64,000 nucleotides of DNA from Callorhinchus milii (taxonomy: Eukaryota): contig NW_024704771.1 in the NCBI RefSeq assembly GCF_018977255.1, positions 2,418,001 through 2,482,000 on the forward strand, given 5' to 3'. The stretch's first letter is position 1, and each line of letters starts with the position of its first letter. The position numbers and the translations under genes were made by a program. Of the stretch, positions 1 to 12,100 are shown piece after piece. Below the pieces are notes generated by a model. It saw only the letters and a list, made by a program, of their open reading frames with translations. It was not told the origin of the DNA and ran no database searches.

Positions 1-169
1 AATGTCTCCTCTCAAGCAAATTAAGGCCTAACTTATTCAGTCTATCCTTGTAGCAGTAAGGAATTTATTAACTTGTAACATGGTACATTGTTTATTTACT
101 GGACACCTCACTGGGAGCGAGGAGATCTGGGACTAACTCTCACTATCTTCTCTCTAATAGTGAGATCCT

Positions 170-953
170 TTAATCCTTTGATAAGAAAGACAGAGATTGG
201 ACTGAGGACAGAGTCGATTTGATAAAACTCTTTTTAAACTCCTGCACGACCACTTCATCACAGTTCACAGCTTCCCCTCGGCTGACAATAATTACACACA
301 CAATAGAGCTGCCCCACCACCTTTTTATTATAATAATAATAATAATAATCCTTGCAATTGATACAGGGCCTTCTCATGTTGTTGAGATGTCTCACAGAGT
401 TTTACGGAATATTGTATAATTTGGGGGCGAAAAGCGGTAACCAATTGCGTAAAGCAGTGTCCCACAAACAGTCGTGGATTGAGTGACCAAACTATTATAA
501 ATTTTTTTTAGGGGTTTATTATCCCCGGAAAAGCAATCCGACAATCGACCGATGCTACTTACTGCGAGATAACCAGGTCATATGAAGTAAGGAAACTTTC
601 CCAATGTTTCGCCCTGCCCATGAATCAAAACCAAGTCCTTTGACTTGCGAGGCGAGTTATAGGATTCCCCATTTATTTAATACATTCTTAGAAGTGGGGA
701 CTTATTCAAAAGGGAAAGGAGTTTTTCCCGGTGTCCTGGCCAATGATCCTGGATTCATTCCACCTGCCTCTCTTCCACCCCACCCTTTCAAGGCACGTCT
801 CCAGGAATGGATTAACTAATGAATCAGGTAAACCAAGCTTTAGAGCCCTGAGGTCTGAGGAGCCCTGGATATGTTGATGCTTTTACCTTCTGCTCTCCCC
901 CGGGCAGTGCAGTGAGCGGTAGGAGGTAAGAGCGTGGAGAGCAGGAGCCACGT
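170..953 (-). other. Candidate last two exons (887-953, 170-281) of an unidentified small gene
   Basis: GT-AG sites, matching phase, 37-codon terminal ORF, two AATAAA at 91-96 and 64-69; no recognised homolog. Confidence 0.3.
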
Positions 954-3900
954 CTGGCAGCAACAGACATTCTTTTGGAGGTCAGTCTGGTGTCTGACAC
1001 ATGCGGAAACCCGTGCTTAAGAGTCTCCAAACCGAGCTGAGAATTCCATGACTCTTAACCCACCTCCACATGGAAATCCCAGAGATAGATTGATGGAATG
1101 GAATGCACAAACTCTCACCCTGGAGGGACACAACCTGCTAACCTGCTATGGGGTCCTGTAGCTCAGTGATTGGGGCACTCACCTCGCAAGCGAGAGGATC
1201 CGGGTACAATTCTCGGACAGGCCAAAACCCTAGACAATTTCCCTTCCTTCACACGCCTCTGTTTACTTAGCAGTAAGTAGGAACCTGTTTGTTGGCCGAT
1301 TGGCAGCTGGTTTTTCTGGGGTAATAATCCCTTCAAAAAAAATATAATTAAAAAAAGGAATAATTTGGTCACTCAATCAATCCACGACTGTTTGTGGGAC
1401 GCTGCTGTGCACACTTGGCTGCCGTGTTTCGCCCACAAAATATACACTTTACAGTATATTCTGTGAAACGCTTTGAGACGATTCGAGGAAATGCTAAGGG
1501 GCTGTATCAAATGCAAGGATTATTAGTATTATTACCTAATTTCAGAAAGTATTAGGCGGAAGTTGGCAAGAGATGAGGTTTGGGAACCCCACAGTGTGCG
1601 TTGGGGGGAACTGGAGTCATTTTCTGTGTGTTCACTGGAGTGTGTGAGGGTGAGAGAATGGCAGTGTGTGTGAGTTGGAGGAGAGGGTGGACAGGCTTTC
1701 CGATAGTCGTGAGGATGATTTGACGGCCTGTGAGTTCCTGATCTCGGCGCTGAGCGAAGGTATACGTCACTCACACGTCACTGGCAGGACCAAGGCCTCA
1801 AAGTGAAGCCATTACAAACACAGTCACTGTTAAGGTAAACCCAATGAACAACGGCAAGTTACAGGGACAGGTCACAGCAGTTTAAATACAAAACTTATAT
1901 ACTTAATCAAATAAAATCAGCTCACAAAATACACTTTACAGTAGAGTATATCTTATGAAGCTATTCGAGATGTCTCAATGACGTGACAAGGTGCTAGATC
2001 AAATGCAAGGATTATTATTATTATTAAAACAAAATAGAGCCTATGCAACCTATAGGGTACGTTAACATAGTTTTTGTGGTAAATGTTTTTTTTAATTTGG
2101 TCAGCCTCATGCAGGAAACCCTTTGTAAGATATACTATAAAGTGTAGTGACTGTGTGTATTTTGTAGGAAACACGGCAGCCAATTTACACACAGCCAAAG
2201 GGTCCAACAAACAATACAATGCAATATTACATTTGTATCGCACCTTTCACGTTGGGAGGACATCCTAAGGTGCTGGGTAGTCAGGGATTTGAACCCGGTG
2301 GGGGTGATTGGGTAATGGTGGGTGGGGGGTGGGTAGGGTAGGAGAGGAGCCAAAGGCACGGTTGAGGAGGAGGGTCTTGAAGGAGACAAGGGTCTGTGGG
2401 ATGGAAATCCATAGGGTGGGGGCATAGAGGCTGAAGGCCTGAGCGTCGATGGTGGGGCTGGCTGAACGGGGGACGTGGAGCAGGCCAGATCCTGCTGAGT
2501 GGAAGGAGCGGACAGGTTGAAAAGTGGTCAGCGGGTCACAGAGGCAATCACAACGCGAACAAATGATTTTGTAACAACATTTCTCCAGCGCCCGTCACAT
2601 GGGGTAGCACCTCGGAGCACTTAAAAGTGGCGGAGCTGTACTGCCCAGAAAGAGAGGAGGGGGGAGAGGTGACCGTAACCTATAATATGAGGGCAACCTG
2701 CGCCTAATACTTTAAGGAATTAGGTAAACAGAATGCGTCCCTCCAGGGAGAGAGGGCAGATTCCATCAGGTGGGATCCATGGAAATCCCAATTCAGTTAC
2801 TCTTAAGCACGGTGATGTGTTTCTGCGTGTGTCATACACCTGACTGCCCAGTGCATTACTGTATACACACAGATAATCCCTATCCCATCACACGTAATCC
2901 AGATAATCCCTATCATCCATCACATACCGGCCTGCGATGCTACCTCGGAGTGGAGTCCTGTAGCTCAGTGGTTAGAGCAAGACAGAGGACCTGGGCTAAA
3001 CCTTAGGCAATTTCCTTACTCCACACAAGCGCCTCTGTTTACTCTGCTGGTAAAGTAGGATAAAGTAGGTTGTTAGTCAATTGGGGGAGGGGAAATAAAT
3101 ACTCGCTTTTCCAGGGGAAATAATTCCTTCAAAAATAATAATACAGAATAATATATTGGTCACTCATCCACCACTGTTCTGTGGGACACTGCTGTGCGCA
3201 ATTGGCTGCCACGTTTAGCCCGCAGGATATACAGTCAATTCTCTTCACAGTATTTTCTATGAAGCAGTTTGAAACGTCTCGAAGACTTGATAAGGAGCTG
3301 TATCAAGCGCAAGGATTATTATTATTATTTATTATTATTATTATTATAATTTTCCCAGTCTGTCTATTGCTCCCCTGTCTCCACCCCCTGTAACTAACAG
3401 CAGCTGATATTCGGACTGATTCTAACTGGTCAGGTTCCACCTTCGATCTGCCTGGAAACAGCTCACACCGAGAATCGACAGCCTCTTATAGAGGCGTTCC
3501 CACTGACATGGAAAGTCCCTGTTCTCTGTCTGTCTGTCGGTCTCTCTTGATTATTCTGTATCTCGCTCTCTCTCTCTCTCGTTTACCCTGTGTCTTACTC
3601 ATCGTGTCTGTGCCAGTGCTCACCCCACCCCACTCTGTCACTTTCAACTCTAACCCCATTCCCTGCTCTCTCTCTCTCTCTCTCTCCCCCCCATCGTGCC
3701 TGTGCTGGCGCTTGCTTTCCCCACACGGGAGCTGTCTGCTGTAACCCCATTCCCCCGCTCGCTCACTCTCTCTCTCCCCCCCCCCCCCCCCCGTGTCCAT
3801 GCTGGTGCTCGCTCAAATAATTGCCAACTTCTTGCTTAAAAGTTATTATCAAATCGGCTTCCGCCGCCCTTTCAGGCAAATGCATTCCAGTATATTCTAT

Positions 3901-4029
3901 GAAGCGCTTTGAAATGTCCTGTAGCTCAGTGGTTAGAGCACTTGCCTTGCAAGCGAGTGGTTTCAATTGCGGGCCGGGCAGAACCATGGGCAAGTTTCCT
4001 TACTCCACACGCCTGATAATAATCCCTCC

Positions 4030-4550
4030 AAAACAAAAGGGAGGTGAGGGGATGGGAGGGGTGGCCGATGGCATGGTCGAAAAGGAGGGTTTTGAGGAGG
4101 GACTTGAAGGAGGCTAAGGAGGGGGCGAGGAGGAGTGACTGGGGGATGGTATTCCAGAGGTTAGGAGAAGAGTGGCTGAAGGCTCTCCCGCCAATGGTGG
4201 GGCGGGTGGGTCGGGGGACGTGGAGCAGGGCAGCGCCGGCTGAGCGGAGAGCACAAGCGGGTTGGCAGGGGGTTAGGAGGTCACAGGGGTAGGGTGGGAC
4301 GAGGCCATGGAGGGCTTTGTAATGTGAGGACCAGGATCTTGAACCGGATCCTCTGAAAGATAGGGAGACAGTGGAGTCGGCCGAGAGTGGGGGAGATGGC
4401 GTCACGGAGTTTGGTGCGGGAGAGGACACGGGCTGCAGAGTTCTGGATTATCTGCAGCCGGTGGAGGGAGGAGCTGAGAAGGCCGACAAGCGGGGAGTTT
4501 GCATAGTTGAGCCTGGAGGTGATGAAGGCATGAACAAGAGTTTCAGCGGC
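4030..4550 (-). mobile_element. L2 fragment
   Basis: IGGRAFSHSSPNLWNTIP..LASFKSLLKTLLFDHA. Confidence 0.8.
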
Positions 4551-4969
4551 TTTTATTTTATTAAAACAATAATAAATTGGTCATTTTCAATGCATGACTG
4601 TTTGTGGGATGCTGCTGTGTGCAATTGGCTGCCGCGATTCGCCCACAAATATACAGTCAATTCACTTTACAGCATATTCTTGCAGCATCAACCTCCATGG
4701 TTGCACACTTCAACGCACCAAGCCAGTCAGGAACCTATGCGAAAGCCCAACGTGAAAGGCGCTATACAAATGTAACCTTGTTGTTGTTGTTGTTGTATTC
4801 TGTGAAGCGCTTTAGACGTCTAGAAGACATGAAAAGCGCTATATCAAAGGCAGGATTATTATTATTATTATTGTTATTATTCGCTGTCTCTCTCTTGTTT
4901 ACTCTCTGTCTTGCTCTCTCTGTCTCTCTCTCTCTGTATATATCATTCGTTCTCTTTCTCGGTCACTCA

Positions 4970-5420
4970 GTTGGGTGGCAGCCTGGCTCAGTGCTATCGC
5001 TCTCGCCTCTGAGTTAGAAGATTGTGGGTTCAAATCGCACGTCGGGATTTGGACTCACAATGACAAAGATGACATTCCAGTGCGGTGCTGGGGTCGGGTG
5101 GGGTTTGCATTGACAGAGGAGCCGTCCTTTAGATGAGACCTTAAACCAAGCTCCAGTCTGTGCCTGTTCAGGTGGTGCTGTTTGAAAAGAGTTTCTCTCT
5201 CTCTCTCTCTCTCTCTCGGTGTCCAGGCCAACAAACCCCCAGATGAAATTGACCGCCTGTTTCATGGCTGTTTGTGGGACGTCGCTGTGCGCAAATTGAG
5301 CTGCTGCTTTTGCCTAGCAATACAGTCACTCCATTTCACAGCATATCCTGTGAAGCACCTTGGGACGTCCTTCGAACGTGAAATGGCGCTGTACCAAACG
5401 CAAGGATTATTATTATTTGA
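4970..5420 (+). mobile_element. DeuSINE (SacSINE1/AmnSINE1-like) full-length copy
   Basis: tRNA-like head, central GATGAGAC.TTAAACC..TCAGGTGG block, Deu core GTGGGA..GCTGTGCGCAAATTG.CTGC, L2-like tail. Confidence 0.75.
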
Positions 5421-6002
5421 GACGCCTCAAAGCCCTTCACAGGATACACTGTAAAGTGACTTGACTGCGTGTGTAACAGAGAGAAGAGGTTGTGGGATGT
5501 GGCCGTTGAGAGTTAGCTGATCTCCTTTGTGGGGGGGAAGGGGGGGGGGGGTTCCTCAGTAAATATCCGATGGTGAGCTCACGGGGTGACGAAGGGTTAA
5601 CAGTTAAAGCTGGAGGCCGGGGCGATGGACCTCACACAAGCACTTGATAAAATAACAACGACAACTTGCATTCATATAGCCCCCCCACCCGGAGCAGCAT
5701 CCCAGAGCTTGACAGTAGCGGATCATGACGCTGAGCCGGGGGGAGTGGGGGGTGAGGGGAGGGGGTGGGGGGCGGGGGGTGGAAGGGTGACTGTAGCCAC
5801 AATCGAAGAGGAAGGAGCCAGTGGAGCCTGGCGAGGGCCTGGGGTAACAAGAAGCAGTGTGGGGGTTGAGCACGGCTAAGAATCCTGGATGATAATCATA
5901 CGGATTCCCACCCACCCCTCACGCACGCTCTCGCGCGCTCTCAGTCCCAGCCCACTCAGGTCTTGAGAGCTGCTGATGTTTGTTCAGTCTGCGGCTTATC
6001 AA

Positions 6003-6037
6003 TTCCAGGAAACCCCAAATAAAGTGAAAGTGAAACT
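6003..6037 (+). promoter_or_regulatory. Interferon-responsive module upstream of TAPBP: GAS (TTCCAGGAA 6003-6011), kB-like (GGAAACCCC 6008-6016), ISRE/IRF-E (AAAGTGAAAGTGAAACT 6021-6037)
   Basis: Consensus matches TTCN3GAA and GAAANNGAAA, 80-115 nt upstream of the ATG. Confidence 0.72.
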
Positions 6038-6117
6038 TAAGGCAGGTTCAGTGCCAGTGAAGCTGGGCCAGAGTCGGCACTGAGCAGTCGGACCAGCTCC
6101 CAGCTCTCTAACCCACC

Positions 6118-6178
6118 ATGAGGGAGATCGGTATCATCTTCCAGCTCTCGGTCCTCCTCGGCCTCTCCTCTGCCACAG
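6118..6178 (+). CDS. TAPBP: TAPBP exon 1, signal peptide [20 protein letters not shown]
   Basis: Kozak-like CACCATGA, hydrophobic core, phase-1 donor G|GTAAG. Confidence 0.9.
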
Positions 6179-9100
6179 GTAAGCCTCCCCGAGAGGACAG
6201 GTGCATGTCAGGGTCAGTGTGAGAGCCAGAGAGAGAAGCTACCTCTCTCTCTCTCCTGCTCACTCCTCTCTCTCTCTCTCTCTCTCAGCAGCTCTCTCCG
6301 GGCTTCACAAGCCGAGATCCAAGAGCGCAACATTTGCTCGAATATTAATCACGATCCTCGCACTTCGATGCAGCGTCTTAAACAAAGAGCCTCGCTAAAG
6401 TTTGCGCAATGGGATGCGCCAGAGGCCTGAGGGAGAGGGAGGGAGAGAGAGAGAGAGAGTGCGTGCGTTGCATTAATCTGAGACGCTGTCCTTTGGACGA
6501 GACGTTAAACCTCACTTTCGTGTCTTCGGCCCGTTCAGGCAGACGTTAACGATTTCNNNNNNNNNNNNNNNNNNNNNNNNNNNNNNNNNNNNNNNNNNNN
6601 NNNNNNNNNNNNNNNNNNNNNNNNNNNNNNNNNNNNNNNNNNNNNNNNNNNNNNNNNNNNNNNNNNNNNNNNNNNNNNNNNNNNCACACATCGAAACAGA
6701 GACACACACACATACAGACACACACAGAATATAGAAAAACACACACACACACATACAGCCACACACATATACAGACACACACATATACCCAGTATATATA
6801 TAATTAGATTGATAAATAGTCCACTCCGTAGACACCGACCTGCTTCAGGTCCCCCGCACTTCCCGCCCCGTCATTGGCGGTCAGGCATTCAGCATCTCTG
6901 CCCCCAACTCTGTAACTCTATCCCACAATCTCTCCACCTCACCCCCTCACTTGCCTCCTTCAAGTCCCATCTGAAGACCTTCCTCTTCGATTGTGCCTTC
7001 GGCCACCCTCCCACCGCCATCCCCACCCCTCCTGCCCTCTAACCCTTCTGACCCCCAACTCCCAGCTCGGGTCCAATGCCCCGGATTGTCCAGCGCCGTG
7101 GGACGTCTTTCTGAAAGTTTGATTTGTTGTTTTTGCTGTTGTAGATTTAGACAGGGCCTTTAATATTGAGAGGATGCTTCAAAGCACATCAAACATAAAA
7201 GCACATACACACACACAGAATCACACACCTAGAAACACACACCTAGAAACACACACAGACAGAAACACACAAACAAACACACAAACACACGCACACAAAC
7301 ACACACATAGGAACACACCCACACAGAAACAAACAGAAACGCACACACAGAGCACACACATAGAAACACACATGTAGAAACACACGCACGCTAGAAATAC
7401 ACACACACACGCAGAAACACACATAAAACACACACAGAAATTCACACACACACAGAAACACACACAAATACACGCAAAGAGGTACCACCACCCCCCACCC
7501 CCCACCCCCAGGGACAGCCCAAACTGCCAGAGCCCAGGGAGAGGCGAGAGGAAGTGAGCCAGTATTTGATAGTTTATCGGGGTTTAATGTCCACGGACAA
7601 CTGTTGCCCTCTTTCCGCCCTCCCGCCCCCACTTCACCTCCCCCCCAACCTCCGCTGCTGCTCCCCAGCCTCGCTGCAGACTACCAGCCCCACCACAGGC
7701 GAGAGAGACGGGAACCCACAGGGCAGTTGGATGTGAACTTAGCAAGGAGCCAAGTTTCACCTAAAGTGTTATAAGTGAAAGTAAAATGGAGGCTGTGTCT
7801 GCCCTCTCTGCCTCCACAGGCGCTCCGTCACTCAAGCTCTCTCACCCTATATATACCTGGTGATGAGGGGGAGGAGAGAGAGAGAGAGAGAGAGCTGCAG
7901 TGTCGGAGGCACCGTCCTTCAGATGAGATAATACACCCTCACTCCCCGTCTGTGACTGTTCAAGTGGACTTTAAAAATCCTGTGACGCTATTGGAAAAGA
8001 GAAGGGAGTTTCTCTCTCTCTCTCTCTCTGTCCCGGCCAATGATAATAATAATAATCCTTGCGCTGATATAGTGCCTTACATGTTTTCGAGATGTCTCAA
8101 AGTGCTTCCCGGGATATACTGTAAAGTGCATTGACTGTATTGTTTGACCCTCAACTGTCCTTTCTCCCCCACATCCATGCCATGACCCGCTCTGCCATCC
8201 CCCACCTCCGCAACATCACCCGGCTCAGCCACTGCCCCCGTCAGGCTGCCGAACCCTCATACATGCATTCAAGGCTGGACTACGGAAACGCCCTTCTTGT
8301 CGGCCTCCCCCAACTCCCCCCTCCACAGGCTGCAGATCATCCAGAAATCTGCAGCTCATGTCCTCTCCCGCACCGGGCTCCATGAGCCCATCAACCCCAC
8401 TCATCCCTCAGAGGATACCGTTCAAAATCCTTATCCTCACTTTCAAGGCCCTTGCACGGCCTTGCCCGCTCCTACCTCTCTGACCTGCTGACCCCTTATC
8501 AGGGCTCGCTCTGCGCAGCGGGCTCTGTCCTGCTCCATGTCTCCCGCCCAACCATCGGCGGCCGGACTCTCAGCCTCTCTGCTCCCACCCTTTGGAACTC
8601 CATCCCACAGTCCCTTCGCCTCGCTTCCTCTCTTGCATCCTTCAAGGCACAACTCAAGATCCTCCTTCTCAACCATGTCTTCAGCCGCCCTCCTACCCTT
8701 TCTGTCCTCCCTCATCCCAACCCTGTCGTCACCCACCACTCGGGGTCTGATCCCTGACTGTTCAGCACCTTGGAACTTCCTCCCAACATGAAAGGCGCTT
8801 TACAAATGTAATTTTGTTGTTGTTGTATGTTTTGTAGCCGGAACGTGGCAGACAATTGTGCACCGCAGGGTCCCACAAACACTCGTTGAGACTGTTTTTG
8901 TTTTTGTTTTGTAAAACCACCCAAGATAGGCATTTATGCAAATTAAAAATACTAAAATTCATAATAGACATCTAGGCCTGTCATTTAATACTATTTTTAA
9001 TCCAACATGGGCGAAGGGAGGCGAGGCGAAGGGACTGTGGGATGGAGATCCATAGGGTGGGGCAGAAGGGCTGAAGGCCCGACTGCCGATGGTGGGTCGG

Positions 9101-12100
9101 GCTGGGCGGGGGGCGTGGAGCAGGCCAGAGCCTGCTGACCAGAGGGAATGGACAGGATGATATGGGGTCAGCAGATCACAGAGGGTAGGGAAGGGCAAGG
9201 CCATGGGCAACTGTATCCTCTGGGGGACAGAGTTCTGTATTCTTGTGTAACTTTGCATTGTCTACAGACTTTTACAAATCTGCCTTTTCATTACCACAAT
9301 TCCCAACCACTAAATGAAGATTAAAAGTCACTTTTGATGTTGACATTTGCAGCGCACTTAAAATAATATTTGTCTAAAAAATATCAGCATGTTTTCGAAA
9401 TATAAAATCAACACCATTCTCACTTTAGCTATACACAGTGTCTGCAAACAACTCACACCAAGGAACAGATTTGATCTTGGACACAATTACTCATTAGCAG
9501 CAAGAAATGCAGTTTTAGCCATCTCCATCTTTAATATCTAGAGAAACGTAAAACAATCATCTAAATATAGAAACATAGGAACAGGAGGAGGCCATTCAGC
9601 CCCTTGAGCCTGTTCCGCCATTCTAGAAGATCATGGCTGATCTGTACCTCAACTCCAATTACCAGCCCTCGCTCCGTATCCCTTAATACCCCGACCTAAC
9701 GGCTATAATCCACAGCCTTTTGGGGGAGAGAGTTCCAGATTCCCACTAGCCTTTGGCTGAAAATCTCCTGCTAATTTCACTGCTAAATGGCCTGGCTCTA
9801 ATTTTAAGATGATGTCTCCTTGTCCTGGATTCTCCCACTAGAGAAAATAGTTTATCTGTGGCTACCCTATCGAACTTCTTTTTTTCTTTTAAAAATCTCA
9901 ATTAGTTCACCCCTCAACCTTCTGAACTCCAGGGAATCCAGATCAAGTTTATGCAACCTGTTCTCATAATTTAAGCGCTTAAACCCATATAAAACTGTTC
10001 ATTCACTTCATGGCTTTCATAATATTAATAATCCTTGTATTTGATATAACGCCTTATTACATCTTCAAGATTTTTCAAAGCACTTCACACAATCAAGTGC
10101 ACGTGTATATTTTGTGGGTGAAATTATGGGATATTACTGTGTGCAAATTAACTGCTGTGTTTGCTTAATATTATTATTATAATAATTGTTATTATAATAT
10201 TATAATAATTGAGACTCGTAAGAAGAATAGAAGCCCATATTATTAAAGGGACAGTGGCAGCGGATACAGAACTGTCTGGGAGACAGAAAGCAGAGAGTGG
10301 TGGTGAACGGTTGTTTTTCTGACTGGAGGGAAGTGTGCAGTGGGTCCCCAGGGGTCAGTATTGGGACCACCGCTGTTTTTGATCTATAAAAATGACTTGG
10401 ACTTGGGCACAGGGAGTACAATTTCCAAGTTTGCAGATGTTACTGAGCCAGGAAAAGTAGTAAATGGTGAGGAGGATAGTGGCAGCCAACAAGCGGACAC
10501 GGACAGACTGGTAAAATGGGCAGACATGTGGCAGATGAAGTTTAATGTGGACAAATGAGAAGTGATGCATTTTGTGAGGAAGAATGAGGAGAGTTAATAT
10601 AAGCTGATGGTACAATCTTAATGGGGGTGAAGGAACAGAGAGACCTGGGGGGTCATATAAGTAAGTCTTTGAAGGTGGGGCAGGTCAGATAGATACAACT
10701 GTTAAAAAAGCATACGGGATACGAGGCTTTATAAATAGGGGCATAGAATACAAAATTCAGGAATTTTGTGATGAACTTTATAAAACACGGGTTAGGCTTC
10801 AGTTAGAGAAGGTTAAGAGGAGACTGAAAAGTTTTCAAAATGGTGAGGGAATTCGATAGGGTGAACAGGGAGAAACTATTCCCACTGGCGGGTGGGTCAG
10901 TAACCCGAGGACACCGATTTAAAATAGTTGTTAAAAGAAATAGAGGGAAGGGGAGGAGACATTTTTTCACGCTGTGAGTTGTTGGGATCTGGAATGCATT
11001 GCCTGAAAGGCTGGTGGAAGCCGATTCGATAACAACTTTTAAGAGAGAAGTAGATAATTATTTGGGGAGGACAAGTTGCAGAGCTATGGGGAGAGCGCGG
11101 GGAGTGGAATTCATTTAAAAGCTCTTTTCAAAGAGCCGGCACAGACACGATGGGCTGAATGGCCTCCTTCTGTGCTGTATAATTTTATGATTCTATGAAT
11201 AATCATTGCATTTGTTACCGCGCCTTATCGTGTGGGAAGGACGTCTCAAAGCGCTTCACGGGATTTACTGTGAAACGGAGTGATCCATAGTAACTGCACT
11301 TGTATGCACTTGTGGAGTCCTGTAGCTCAGTGGTTAGAGCACTCGCTTTGCAAGTGAGAGACCTGAGTTCAATTCCAGGCAGAGGGCCAAACCTCGGGCA
11401 AGTTTCCTTACCCCACACAGAGCCTAATAATAATCCTCCAAAACCAAAAACAATAATAAATTGGTCATTTTCAATCCACGACTGTTTGTGGGACATTGCT
11501 GTGCGCAATTGGCTGCCGCGTTCGCCCACAAACATACAGTCAATTCACTTTACAGTGTGTTCTGTGAAGCGCTTTGGGATGTCCTCCCGACGTGAAAAGC
11601 GCTATATCAAATGCAAGGATCGTTATTATTATTATTATTATTATTATGAAGCTCTTTGAGCCGTTTCACTGAGGTTAGGAGGTGCTGCACCAAATATTGA
11701 TACAGTGGACGCCACTTAAGCCAGACATGTCAGGGCTGGCCGTTTTGTCCGGTTTAAGTGGCGTCTGAGGCTAACTGATGTTTCCTTACCTTTTCCCACC
11801 CAGCAGAGGAGCAGTGGCGCCTCCTCCCTACCTCCCATTACTGCTCCCATTGGACAGGAAGGGGACCAATTAGCGGAGGCTCCCAGGTGATGGACAGCCA
11901 CTTGTGCTTGGATGGGCTCCACCATTCACAAACACCGGGTTTGCCCATCAATCACGATTAGATTCCTTTCATTCCTTCCCTTGTTCCTTCCTGTTCCTCT
12001 GCGCTCCCCCAACCCCTCCCACCCCCCCAGCCTCGTGCTGCTTCTGAATGGCTGGAGTCACTGTTAATCAATTGCAATTCGACTCCTCCCATCGCCACCC

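Noticed and set aside
1535-1826. Unique segment with two TGACGT sites and a possible 52-nt minus-strand exon (DCVCNGFTLRPWSCQ*)
   Set aside because: Every frame hits a stop when joined to neighbouring candidate exons, and the nearby donor at 1534 is supplied by a SINE tail; insufficient support
5604-5915. 103-aa minus-strand ORF near the TAPBP promoter as first exon of a divergent gene
   Set aside because: Overlaps a degraded L2 tail; no credible start or signal peptide
11314-11390. tRNA-Ala-like sequences (many copies) as tRNA genes
   Set aside because: No acceptor-stem closure; always fused to the Deu core and (ATT)n tail, so they are SINE heads
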